From IMG/VR virus record IMGVR_UViG_3300042484_001840, positions 32,001 to 96,000 of that record: a stretch of DNA of 64,000 nucleotides. One strand, given 5' to 3'. How positions within the stretch are numbered: the first letter of the stretch is position 1; every line of letters starts with the position of its first letter. The stretch is from a virus. Below are positions 1 through 9,219 of this stretch, in pieces. The position numbers and the translations under genes are program-made. Under the pieces are notes generated by a model. The model was not told the DNA's origin and did no database searches. It saw only the letters and a program-made list of their open reading frames with translations.

Positions 1-692
1 CCCTCTTCTAGTCTGCGACGCTCAATGGGGTCTAGGGCCTGCAATGCCTGCCGATATGACTCAGCGTCAATACCGGGGTTGTCGTGGAGTTTGGAAGGGA
101 CGAAGATCCGTCCAGTTTGCATTCCCTCAACGATAAATCTTTGGCGAACCCAATTGGGGGCAGGGTTGGATGCGGATCTCATTCGCAGAGGAACCTGCGC
201 TAGGGCACCTTTTGCTGGACGGCGGAGACGAGAGAACATATACCGATAGTCGGATTCTCGGATTTCGGTAACTTCATCCATGCCAATAAATTGGAATTCA
301 GCACCCTTATAGCGAAGGTAGTCCTGCTGGTTATTTAGGTATCCAAATGAGATACGAGCGCCAGAAGGGAAAACAGCAGTATAGTTATTAGCGTTCCACC
401 TAACATTGTCATAGTTTGCCACCCAAGACTGGAATCTATCCATGATTGCACCAGGGAGGGCAAGGTCGGCGTATGTTCTTCGGAAAAGAATGGCTGAATA
501 ATTTGGGATATCAACATACTGTAGGGCAGACATTAATAGAGCCGAACTTTTACCTCCGCCAGCCGCTCCTCCAAAAAGTGCTTCTAGAGCGTAAGTCCGA
601 AGAAAAACCTTCTGAGTCAAGGAAGGCTCCTCAGGGCAAAACTCAGACATTTTTGGTTCTAAATATTTTAGAATTGATTCCCAGTCAGTCAT
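1..692 (-). CDS. terL: Terminase large subunit, N-terminal ATPase part (runs off the left edge of the window)
   Basis: Manual translation of the minus strand from ATG at 692 gives MTDWESILKYLEPK...ALFGGAAGGGKSSALL (Walker A)...FRRTY...GAEFQFIGMDEVT (Walker B)...MRSASNP (coupling motif)...FVPSKLHDNPGID. The frame is open to base 1. It is absent from the ORF track because no stop codon falls in the window. Confidence 0.95.
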   Translation of the reverse strand, partial: MTDWESILKYLEPKMSEFCPEEPSLTQKVFLRTYALEALFGGAAGGGKSSALLMSALQYVDIPNYSAILFRRTYADLALPGAIMDRFQSWVANYDNVRWNANNYTAVFPSGARISFGYLNNQQDYLRYKGAEFQFIGMDEVTEIRESDYRYMFSRLRRPAKGALAQVPLRMRSASNPAPNWVRQRFIVEGMQTGRIFVPSKLHDNPGIDAESYRQALQALDPIERRRLEE

Positions 693-723
693 ACCGTTCC
701 CTCGTAGATCATAAGATACATTA

Positions 724-930
724 GTGTTGACCAAAGCCTCAGAGGTACATGTGAAAAATTTTCTGTCAAAATTTAAAGGCAAACCATGGCGCACAATGGC
801 TGCGGACACTTTAATGATAACATTTATAGTGCTTACAAGTATTGGAGCATACATGATAGCACCGCCAGTTGGACTAATTACTGGTGGGGTATGTTGTGGC
901 TTATACGGCTTTCTTTTGGGGTCTGAATAA
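724..930 (+). CDS. Small two-TM membrane protein upstream of portal
   Basis: Hydrophobic ORF ending 2 nt before the portal start; true start may be GTG at 751 after GAGG. Confidence 0.6.
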   Translation: MLTKASEVHVKNFLSKFKGKPWRTMAADTLMITFIVLTSIGAYMIAPPVGLITGGVCCGLYGFLLGSE

Positions 931-932
931 AT

Positions 933-3203
933 ATGGCTTGGAATTCACGAAACACCAAGGGACTAAATTCATCTGAATCAAAGGCTGCCTCGCTCGGCCC
1001 TGGCGCTCCTGTTGCACAAAACCCCTCAATGGCTGGTAGGGGTTATAAGGATTCTTGGGATATTGAGCGTGCGTACCGAGAGGGTATGCAGAAAGTAACT
1101 TGGGTTTCGCGTTGTATTGATGCAATCTCAGGTAACCAAGCACGGCTTCCAGTCATTCTGCGAAAAGACAATAGTCCTAGTGGTGAAATTTTTACAAAAA
1201 AACATGAAATTTTAACCCTTCTTAATACAAAAGCAAATATTGGCGAAAACTCATTTATTTTTAGGTATCGTTTATCTAGCCAACTTTTAATGTCAAGCCG
1301 TGGCGTTTTCATTGAAAAGATCCGCGGTCGCGATGGACGGTTAATCGCACTCAACTTACTCCCACCGCAACACACTTCCCCGATCCCAGACGCTAAGAAG
1401 TTTGTCTCTGGGTATGAAGTAATGATGCCAAATGGTGGAAAGATCATTATTCCTCCAGACGATGTGACATGGATTCGTCGCCCGCATCCTCTTGACCCTT
1501 ATTTGTCAATGACACCAATGGAATCCGCTGGTATCGCCATTGAAGTAGAAAACTTAGCAAAGTTATACAACCGAAACTTCCTGCTTAATGACGGTAGACC
1601 AGGTGGTCTTTTGGTTCTTCGTTCGGAAATTGACGATGACGACAAAGATGAATTGCGAAGTCGTTTTCGTGGAAATATTAACAAGACTGGTTCAATTACG
1701 GTCATCTCATCTGATGATGGCGCTGACTATATTGACACCTCGTCTAGCCCGCGTGATGCCAGTTACATTGAAATGCGCCAGATAACCAAGGAAGAAATTC
1801 TTGCCGCATTTGGTGTTCCAGAATCTGTTATTGGAAACGCCGCTGGACGAACTTTTAATAATGCCGCTGAGGAACTTCGCGTTTTCTGGATGGAAACAAT
1901 GATGCCTCACCTTGAGCAAATTGCTCGGGCATTAGATGAATTAGACGAAGAATACTATATTGACTTTGAAACTGGGAATATCCCAATTCTAATTATTGCT
2001 AAGCAAGAGCGTGAGCGATATAGCAAAGATGAATTCCAAACTGGTCTTATTAGTATTAATGAATATCGGACCGCCACTGGACGAAAGACCGTAGAGTCAG
2101 ATATTGCCGACAGTCTCCTCCTGTCTCCGAACCTTGCCCCAGTTGCAAATACAGAGAAGCCTTTTGATGCCGCTCAGGTTCAACCTGTTGATATGGCTGG
2201 TGGTCAACCTGGTGCCCAACCTGGTGCCCCTGCTGGTCCTCCAGGCTTACCTATGCTCGGTTCTGAGCCACCGCCAGAAGGAGAGCCAGCCGTGGGCGAG
2301 GCGACTCCAGTGGGCGAACCAGGTCCAACTGACCAGATTGCACCAGGTGCATCGCCGGGGCAAGAAATTGAAGGAATTGCACCTGTTGCCAACGCGGCAC
2401 CGGGTCAACTTTCCGCTCGTCATGGAAGATTTGAAGTCAAAACAGAGAATCAAGCACTTGATGCTTGGGATGTCAAGGCTGAGCAAACCACAGAACGATG
2501 GTCAGAAATTCTTGATCGTAACTTAGAGCGTTATTTTGAAAGACAACAAAGGGTTGTTCTAGAGAAGGCTCTTGGTGCAAAGGCGCGCAAGTTGATGAGT
2601 TCTCGTGAATTGAAGACAGAGGATGTTTTTGATACCCCTGTCTGGAATAGGCAAATTGCCGACGACCTTGGTCCTGTCTATTTGGCAATTCTCCAAGATG
2701 CTTCTGAAATTTCACTAGGCGACTCTCAAAGTAGTAAAGAATTAGATGAGCAACTGGTCAAAGAGTACATTGCACAGCAAGTTGAGCGAACACAAAAGGT
2801 CAACGACACGACCAAAGAGGAAATTGCGGCGGCTTTATTAGTTGCCATGGCAATTGCCAACGAGGACGAATCTGACAGAATGAGCCTATTACGGGCAGCC
2901 TTAGCCGCTATTTTCGCTAATTTACTTGGCAAGCGTCGTCGCGTCATTGCTGAGCATGAGGCTTCTTCGGCTTTTAACGCTGGTACTTACTTTGCTGGTA
3001 AGCAGTTGGGTAAGTCTTCAAAAACTTGGATTACTCGCCGTGACCAGAAGGTTAGGTCTGAGCACACAATTCTTCATGGCAAGAGTATTCCCCTTGGAGA
3101 AGGTTTCATGGAGGATGGCGCTTTATTGAGGTTCCCTGGTGACCCTACCGCTCCGCTTCATTTGACTATCAACTGCCGATGCAGACTGAAATTCAATAAC
3201 TGA
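933..3203 (+). CDS. HK97-family portal protein fused to a C-terminal MuF/SPP1 gp7-like minor head domain
   Basis: Portal motifs (CIDAIS...LPV, HPLDPYLSMTPM, NDGRPGGLL, EEILAAFGVPESVIG), a Pro/Gly-rich linker, then KTWITRRDQKVRSEH...LRFPGDP...INCRC, typical of MuF-like domains. Confidence 0.9.
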   Translation: MAWNSRNTKGLNSSESKAASLGPGAPVAQNPSMAGRGYKDSWDIERAYREGMQKVTWVSRCIDAISGNQARLPVILRKDNSPSGEIFTKKHEILTLLNTKANIGENSFIFRYRLSSQLLMSSRGVFIEKIRGRDGRLIALNLLPPQHTSPIPDAKKFVSGYEVMMPNGGKIIIPPDDVTWIRRPHPLDPYLSMTPMESAGIAIEVENLAKLYNRNFLLNDGRPGGLLVLRSEIDDDDKDELRSRFRGNINKTGSITVISSDDGADYIDTSSSPRDASYIEMRQITKEEILAAFGVPESVIGNAAGRTFNNAAEELRVFWMETMMPHLEQIARALDELDEEYYIDFETGNIPILIIAKQERERYSKDEFQTGLISINEYRTATGRKTVESDIADSLLLSPNLAPVANTEKPFDAAQVQPVDMAGGQPGAQPGAPAGPPGLPMLGSEPPPEGEPAVGEATPVGEPGPTDQIAPGASPGQEIEGIAPVANAAPGQLSARHGRFEVKTENQALDAWDVKAEQTTERWSEILDRNLERYFERQQRVVLEKALGAKARKLMSSRELKTEDVFDTPVWNRQIADDLGPVYLAILQDASEISLGDSQSSKELDEQLVKEYIAQQVERTQKVNDTTKEEIAAALLVAMAIANEDESDRMSLLRAALAAIFANLLGKRRRVIAEHEASSAFNAGTYFAGKQLGKSSKTWITRRDQKVRSEHTILHGKSIPLGEGFMEDGALLRFPGDPTAPLHLTINCRCRLKFNN

Positions 3204-3235
3204 CTTTACTGAAAGTCGTACTTTACTGAAAGTAC
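3202..3235. promoter_or_regulatory. Two tandem palindromes GACTTT-ACTG-AAAGTC / GTACTTT-ACTG-AAAGTAC
   Basis: Seen directly between portal and protease; the core CTTTACTGAAAG recurs at 3434-3445. Confidence 0.5.
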
Positions 3236-3296
3236 CTTCCACTAGCAGTACCCCTATTGCGTTTATGATTAGTGTGTTAGTTACATGAGGTGAAAA

Positions 3297-4982
3297 ATGC
3301 CTGTACAAGAAGCAATAGAATTCAAAGCAATGCCTGGTCAAATTGGTATTGACGAGGCTAAAGGCATCGTTGAATGCTTCGTTGCTGGTGTTGGCAACAA
3401 GGACAGCGTTGGCGATATTGTTCTTTCTGGTGCCTTTACTGAAAGTCTGAAGCGACGCAAGCCACGAGTCGTTTGGGGTCACGACTGGAATCACCCAATT
3501 GGCAAAGTTCTAGAAATTTACGAAGTACCTGCTAATGACCCTCGTTTGCCCGCAAAAATGAAGCGCGCTGGAATTGGTGGTCTTTATGCTCGCGTTCAGT
3601 TTAATTTAAAGGCAGATAAAGGTCGCGAGGCGTTTGCCAATGTCGCGTTCTATGGCGAGGACCAAGAATGGTCAATCGGCTACAAAACTTTAGATGCTAT
3701 TTACGATAATGGTCGCCAAGCAAATCTACTTCGTGAAGTAGAACTATATGAAGTAAGCCCTGTATTGCACGGAGCAAACCAACTGACGGGCACTATTTCT
3801 ATTAAAGCAGCAAAAAAAGACGAGCCAGTAAACTCTTTTGGAAAATCAAAATGGGTGATGTTTGATCGTGAATTTGCAAGTCGCCTGAAAAAGGATTATC
3901 CACAAATTTGGGCGCTTGGTGGAAACATCAAGGGCAATGATCAGTATCGCATATTGACACAGATTGCCGAAGCGGGTGGAGTTGCCAAAAATCAGGCACA
4001 GACAAATGCATTAGAATTGCGTGAAGCATGGGTGGCGCGTCATGCAGGAGATTTCCGACTACCTGGCGTAATTGCTCAAATCAAGTGGTTAGCAGTGGGT
4101 AGTCGCGGTGAAGACCACATGAAAAATGTAGTCCGTGAAGCGATGCAAAAGCAAGATGCCAAAATGAAGGAAAAGACATTCCCAGCAGGGGAAATGGACG
4201 AAGAAGAAATGCCAAAAGGCATGGTAGGTCGTCAAATGGGGATGGCTCGCGCTTTGGCGATGGAACTTGGGAATAGGTTTGGTGGTCCTGCTAAAATTCG
4301 CCATGCTGATTCAAATATGGTTGTTTTTGACCACATCATGAATGGCGTTCCAAGCACCATGCGTGTTGCTTTCCATTTTGACGGTGAACGGTTTATGTTC
4401 GGTAAACCAGACCGCGTAAAGCCTACTGTCGTGTATATGCCAGAAAACGAAGATGAGGAATACTCCAAGCCTTCAAAGCCAATGATGAAACCAACTAATG
4501 CTGGCAATGTTTACGACGATCAGTACGAAGATGAGGATAAGCCCGTCTGGATGAAGCCCAAGGCTTGCGGTTGTGGCGGGAAAACTAATGCGTCTTCAGA
4601 AATTGATGATGCATTTGACAGTTTCAAATCTCTTTTTTCTGAAGAGGTCAAGGCTGGTCGCGCTATCAGTTCTGGCAATCTTGAAAAATTGATGCAGGCT
4701 ATTGAATTGATTCGTGGTGTTGTAGCAGGTGGCGGGCGAGCCGAAATTGAAATGAAAGATCCAAGCGCCAACATCTCAACTAACATTGAAGACTTGTTTG
4801 GAGTTAAGCAATTACTTGACCCAGTTTTTGAATACCATAATTTAAAAACACTCGCAACCGAGACTGGTATTGAAATAAAGGGTATAGTTTCAAGTAGTGC
4901 AATGAGCGCCATCAACACGGCGCTTAGTGTTTCTGATTATGATGCTGAATTAGTAGTGGAAAATAATTACACCGATAACTGA
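3297..4982 (+). CDS. HK97-family prohead protease with long C-terminal extension
   Basis: GNKDSVGDIVLSGAF, WGHDWNHPIG (catalytic His), EWSIGY (catalytic Ser), LYEVSPVLHGAN; lies directly after the portal. Confidence 0.92.
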   Translation: MPVQEAIEFKAMPGQIGIDEAKGIVECFVAGVGNKDSVGDIVLSGAFTESLKRRKPRVVWGHDWNHPIGKVLEIYEVPANDPRLPAKMKRAGIGGLYARVQFNLKADKGREAFANVAFYGEDQEWSIGYKTLDAIYDNGRQANLLREVELYEVSPVLHGANQLTGTISIKAAKKDEPVNSFGKSKWVMFDREFASRLKKDYPQIWALGGNIKGNDQYRILTQIAEAGGVAKNQAQTNALELREAWVARHAGDFRLPGVIAQIKWLAVGSRGEDHMKNVVREAMQKQDAKMKEKTFPAGEMDEEEMPKGMVGRQMGMARALAMELGNRFGGPAKIRHADSNMVVFDHIMNGVPSTMRVAFHFDGERFMFGKPDRVKPTVVYMPENEDEEYSKPSKPMMKPTNAGNVYDDQYEDEDKPVWMKPKACGCGGKTNASSEIDDAFDSFKSLFSEEVKAGRAISSGNLEKLMQAIELIRGVVAGGGRAEIEMKDPSANISTNIEDLFGVKQLLDPVFEYHNLKTLATETGIEIKGIVSSSAMSAINTALSVSDYDAELVVENNYTDN

Positions 4983-4996
4983 TTCAGGAAAGTAAT

Positions 4997-6622
4997 ATGG
5001 ACACAGAAAAATCTTTAGTAAAAATAACAACCAAGTATCACTGCATGGTTTCTGGAAAGAAACAAATGGAACCATGCGACGGATGCACCAACCCACAAGG
5101 CTGTCTTTCAAAAGCCATGCAATACAAGGAGAATGAAGAAATGGACGAACTCAACGAAAAGGCTATCGTCAAACTAGATGCAGACGGTGCTGTCGTAAAG
5201 TGCGCCAAGGGTCTTGAGGCTGCTGAATGTGGCTATAAGGCTGGAGCAAAAGTTTGTGGTGCTTGTGGTGCAATGGCATCAATGACCAAGGCTGACATGA
5301 TGCCAGATGCCGAAGAAGACGAAGAAGAAGAAATGTCGGATGACGACACTTCAATGATGCCCGATAAGAAGAAAAAGGGTGGCATGGGTGGCTACGCAAT
5401 GGGCGAAGATGACGAGGAAGAAATGATTCCCGCAAAGAAGAAGGGCGGGATGGGCGAGTATTCCGAAGATGACGAAGAAGAAGTCATGCCCGCAAAGAAG
5501 CGCGGTATGCCGATGGTGGATGCGGAAATGGCTGACGACGAAGAAATGATGCCTACTCCGAAAAAGAAGAAGCCAATGATGATGGTTGAAGACGAAGAGG
5601 AAATGCCTGAAGACGAAGAAATGGGCAAGACTTGGATGATGAAGCCAAGCAAGCGTTCGCGCATGATGGCAATGAAGTCACTTGAAGTTAAGTCTGAAAA
5701 TGACGATGTTTACATGTGTCAGTTGGAACGCAAGTCATACCCGTCAGCAAGTCAGATTTGCGAGAACTGCCCTGGTGGATGCCAGACAGAAGGCGGCATG
5801 CCTGGTTTGTTGGATGTTGAAGGCGTTGGTCTTGGCATTATCGGCGGAAAAGTACTTGACTCTGGTTACTCGTTTGACGACGACCTTTTTGTTGTTCAAC
5901 TTCAGGCAAAAGATGGCAATACATGGGAAATGATTGCCGATGGTCAAAGTGGTGAAATGTTGCGCATGGAGCGCATTAAGACACCAGACTTTGGCATTGA
6001 AGGCAAGTCGGCATTTGATGAAGAAACTGCTTCAGACTTTGGAATCGTTTCAGCATCAGAAGCAGTTGAGATTGCATTGAAGTCGCTTGAAGCAGAATTT
6101 GATGTAGTTGGCGATGTCGTTTCAACTGACTCGGATGTATTCCTCGGTCATGATGTCTACTCAATTGAAGTGGATGCAATGAATGGCAAGTCATACGATG
6201 TCTATGTTTCGCTTGATGGACAGTTTGTTGGTCTTGACGAGTGGACTGCCGATGAAGCAGAAGAAATTGAAGCAGAGGCTGCTGAAATTGCACTGAAGCG
6301 TGCATACGACGAAGAGTCACGCACAGACATGGCTAAGGGCGGTATGGCAATGCCTGACGGCTCATACCCAATCAAGGATGTTGCTGACCTTCGTAATGCA
6401 ATTCAGGCATACGGACGAGCCAAGGACAAGGAAGCAACCAAGGCACACATCATTAAGCGTGCAATGGCTTTGGGTTCGGAAGATTTGATTCCTGAGAATT
6501 GGGTTCCGAAAGATGTTGCTGACAAGTTCTCTAGCGAAAAATCTGAAGACAATCAATTTATGGCATCTTTGATGGAATTTGAACTTCTCGCACAAGAAGA
6601 GAATCTTAAAGACATTCTCTAA
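4997..6622 (+). CDS. Head-associated/scaffold-like protein: Cys-rich N-terminus, acidic Met/Lys low-complexity repeats, PepSY-like domain, C-terminal PDGSYPI..GRA domain
   Basis: EDDEEEMxPxKKKG repeats; ASEAVEIALKSL...VYSIEVDAMNGKSYDVYVS resembles PepSY; the C-terminal MPDGSYPIKDVADLRNAIQAYGRA...IPENW resembles a small domain recurrent in actinophage head proteins. Confidence 0.55.
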   Translation: MDTEKSLVKITTKYHCMVSGKKQMEPCDGCTNPQGCLSKAMQYKENEEMDELNEKAIVKLDADGAVVKCAKGLEAAECGYKAGAKVCGACGAMASMTKADMMPDAEEDEEEEMSDDDTSMMPDKKKKGGMGGYAMGEDDEEEMIPAKKKGGMGEYSEDDEEEVMPAKKRGMPMVDAEMADDEEMMPTPKKKKPMMMVEDEEEMPEDEEMGKTWMMKPSKRSRMMAMKSLEVKSENDDVYMCQLERKSYPSASQICENCPGGCQTEGGMPGLLDVEGVGLGIIGGKVLDSGYSFDDDLFVVQLQAKDGNTWEMIADGQSGEMLRMERIKTPDFGIEGKSAFDEETASDFGIVSASEAVEIALKSLEAEFDVVGDVVSTDSDVFLGHDVYSIEVDAMNGKSYDVYVSLDGQFVGLDEWTADEAEEIEAEAAEIALKRAYDEESRTDMAKGGMAMPDGSYPIKDVADLRNAIQAYGRAKDKEATKAHIIKRAMALGSEDLIPENWVPKDVADKFSSEKSEDNQFMASLMEFELLAQEENLKDIL

Positions 6623-6652
6623 TTACGAATTCCAATTAAAAAGGAGTCATTC

Positions 6653-7276
6653 GTGTCGTTTGATTTTTCAAAAGTTAACGGTGTCCAAGTAAAATTAGCA
6701 GTATCTCCTGATGCTATTCCTCAAGAACGCATCACTGGGGATATTCTTAAAGGACGCGGACCCCGACGAGGAAACCTAGAACGCTTACTTCGTTATTGGC
6801 GACCCATTATGCGCAAGCCTGGTGGATTTCGCCGTTGTAAAGTCATTTTGGCAGACCATCCCGAATTATTCCCATTGAATAACATTTGCGCTTGGCTTCA
6901 TCATGAGACTACTGGCTTATGGCCAAACGAGGGATGCCATCACCCTGGTATGAAAAATTGCCGTAAGAAAATTCAAGGTGTCGTTAGAGGTTCAGTTATT
7001 AGCGATAATGAATTTGCTCAGCGTCTTTCACGGCTTCGTGGCGATGGAAAGTCTCTTGACTCCATGGATGGTTACGATTCTGAAGTTGTAACTGAATCAG
7101 ACTTTAATCACGCAAAAACTGTCCTTGATGATTTTATTGAAATGGAAAATAAATTCATTATTTTTATTAATGATGATAATAATTGGCTTCACGAAGGTCA
7201 AGACGAAGATGGAAATTGGTCTCCGCATGATTGGATGAAGCCAGAAGGTCACGAAAAAGACTGCGGATGCGGGTGA
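6653..7276 (+). CDS. Hypothetical head-module protein with Cys/His motif
   Basis: LLRYW...PGGFRRC...ICAWLHHETTGLWP; AGGAG RBS before the GTG start. Confidence 0.6.
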   Translation: MSFDFSKVNGVQVKLAVSPDAIPQERITGDILKGRGPRRGNLERLLRYWRPIMRKPGGFRRCKVILADHPELFPLNNICAWLHHETTGLWPNEGCHHPGMKNCRKKIQGVVRGSVISDNEFAQRLSRLRGDGKSLDSMDGYDSEVVTESDFNHAKTVLDDFIEMENKFIIFINDDNNWLHEGQDEDGNWSPHDWMKPEGHEKDCGCG

Positions 7277-7281
7277 TTTAA

Positions 7282-9219
7282 TTGGAAGATAGTGACCGCA
7301 GGGAAAACCATCCTGACTGGGTTCAGGCACGGGTTAAATCATTTATTCAGGATACAAAAGTCGGCACTGTTCGTTCTGGTTCTGGCGTAGGGCAAGCACT
7401 ACAAGGCGCAGTTTCATATGTAACTCCTGGTGATGTTAGTGGTGTAACTAGCCCTGTTCGCTCTCGTCTTTACTCCGCCATTACTCCTGGTGGTCGTGGC
7501 TTGCGCCCTCGTGTCAATAGACCAAATGAGCGCGGATATCGTTGCCCTGAGGGATATCAGTTTGGTGGTCGCTTTACTGACTCCAAGTGGTCCACATGTG
7601 GACGACAGTTATTTGATATCCCATCACTATCACGAACTTTGCTTCAAATTGCCGATAACGCTATTCGTGTAGGGCGTGGTATTGGTTATCAAAATCCTGA
7701 CACAAACCCTCTTGGTGGTGCCGAAGTTACTGGCGGTTCATTGATTCAGAGCCGTATGGCAAATATTCCTCGTGTTAGTGCTTTTGACAAAAAGAAGCGT
7801 GATGATGGCTTAAAGGCGGCAATTGACGAGTTAGTCAATCCATTGGCTCCAGCGTCAATGATGATTCGGCGCGATGGTTTCCCAATGCAACCAGTCGTTT
7901 CTGCTGGAGAATTACGGAAAGTTCCAGACAATCGCAATATGGAAGGCGCAGTCTTTCTATTGTCTGCATCCAATATTGATTCTTTTGGTGGCGATGAATT
8001 GGGTTTATTGTCAAATACTGGCGTGAGCACTTTGATTTATGTTCTACCTAATGGTTCTACTGTTCGTATGGACAAAACCCGTGCGTTAACCGTAGGCGAA
8101 CGGCGCAAGTTGGGCAAGACTGTCAGTTCGGCATCCAAGATTGACAATAGTAATGATCCATTGGCTCGTCTAAAAATGGTCATTTCAGACTCTGGTGGCG
8201 GAATTTCTATCAACAAAGATTTTTCTAAAATTCGCAATGCTGAAGAAGTTGTTGATTCAGGCAAATTTAAAGGAAAGCCTCGCTGGGTTGCTGAAGCGTT
8301 TCGCAATAGTGGCAAAAAGCGTACTGTTTCTCCCCAGTCAATTGTTGATGATTCCAAGTTGGATTCCGAAACAGAAACTCAAGCAAGTAAAAATATTAAT
8401 GATATTGAAACTGCTATTGAACATATAAACAACGGTGGAAATCTTTCTGATATTAATCCCGCTATTTTGCCTCAGGCTATTCGTCGTGCAAAAGTTTATC
8501 GTCAAAAGAATATTGGATCTGGTCGTATTCTTTTTGAGCGTGCTGACGGCGGTGTTTCTTTTATAGAGGTTTCCAATGGAAAGCGCCTTGAGCATCTTGG
8601 TGCCCATTTTTCTGCCGCTATCGCTGAACATCTTGAATTACCTACTCCTAAAGTCCGCATCATGGGCGAAGGAGACAATCGCCCGTACCTCGTTCAAAAC
8701 ATTGATACTGTCGTGCCAAATGGCAAATTACAATCTATGAAGTTGACAGATATGCCCGCAAAAGACCTTGCTGGTATTTTTGTTTCTGATTACTTGACAG
8801 ATGTTCGCAAACGAAATCCTTCTACTGTTTCGGCTGTTTCTGCTGATGGTAAAGTTCGCGCAATTGCAACGATGAATACCCCCTCGTCGTTGGCTGGTTT
8901 ATCTGCTGAAGAAATGATCAAGCGTCGCTCCATTGTTATTGGCGATTGGGTAAAAGCAGATGGGAATAACATGATTAATGCCATCAAAAACCGCAATGAA
9001 GAAGTTCGTCGTCAAATTCTGGCTGTTTATGAAGATTTAATTCAACGAGCACGCGCTTTTAAATGGGATAGATACATTAAGCAACTACGGTTAGACGGTA
9101 AACTTTCTAGTGCAGAACAAAAGCATATGGATATTGTTAAATCTCTATATGACCAAAGACTAGACAATTTAGCCAAGTCTAAGGAATCTTTTGCTAATAT
9201 TTTGGAGTTAGGCAAATGA
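7282..9219 (+). CDS. RCPxG-motif protein with C-terminal degenerate HipA/PI3-PI4K-like (pseudo)kinase
   Basis: RCPEGYQFGGRFTDSKWSTCG near the N-terminus. The C-terminal AAIAEHLELPTP...IFVSDYLTDVRKRNPSTV...AIATMN aligns with the DRHxxN and ID(N/F)G loops of the neighbouring kinases but lacks both Asp residues. Confidence 0.6.
   Translation: MEDSDRRENHPDWVQARVKSFIQDTKVGTVRSGSGVGQALQGAVSYVTPGDVSGVTSPVRSRLYSAITPGGRGLRPRVNRPNERGYRCPEGYQFGGRFTDSKWSTCGRQLFDIPSLSRTLLQIADNAIRVGRGIGYQNPDTNPLGGAEVTGGSLIQSRMANIPRVSAFDKKKRDDGLKAAIDELVNPLAPASMMIRRDGFPMQPVVSAGELRKVPDNRNMEGAVFLLSASNIDSFGGDELGLLSNTGVSTLIYVLPNGSTVRMDKTRALTVGERRKLGKTVSSASKIDNSNDPLARLKMVISDSGGGISINKDFSKIRNAEEVVDSGKFKGKPRWVAEAFRNSGKKRTVSPQSIVDDSKLDSETETQASKNINDIETAIEHINNGGNLSDINPAILPQAIRRAKVYRQKNIGSGRILFERADGGVSFIEVSNGKRLEHLGAHFSAAIAEHLELPTPKVRIMGEGDNRPYLVQNIDTVVPNGKLQSMKLTDMPAKDLAGIFVSDYLTDVRKRNPSTVSAVSADGKVRAIATMNTPSSLAGLSAEEMIKRRSIVIGDWVKADGNNMINAIKNRNEEVRRQILAVYEDLIQRARAFKWDRYIKQLRLDGKLSSAEQKHMDIVKSLYDQRLDNLAKSKESFANILELGK

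Noticed and set aside
25-724. ORF-track calls 25-249, 335-517 and 446-724
   Set aside because: They are shadows of the minus-strand terminase frame.
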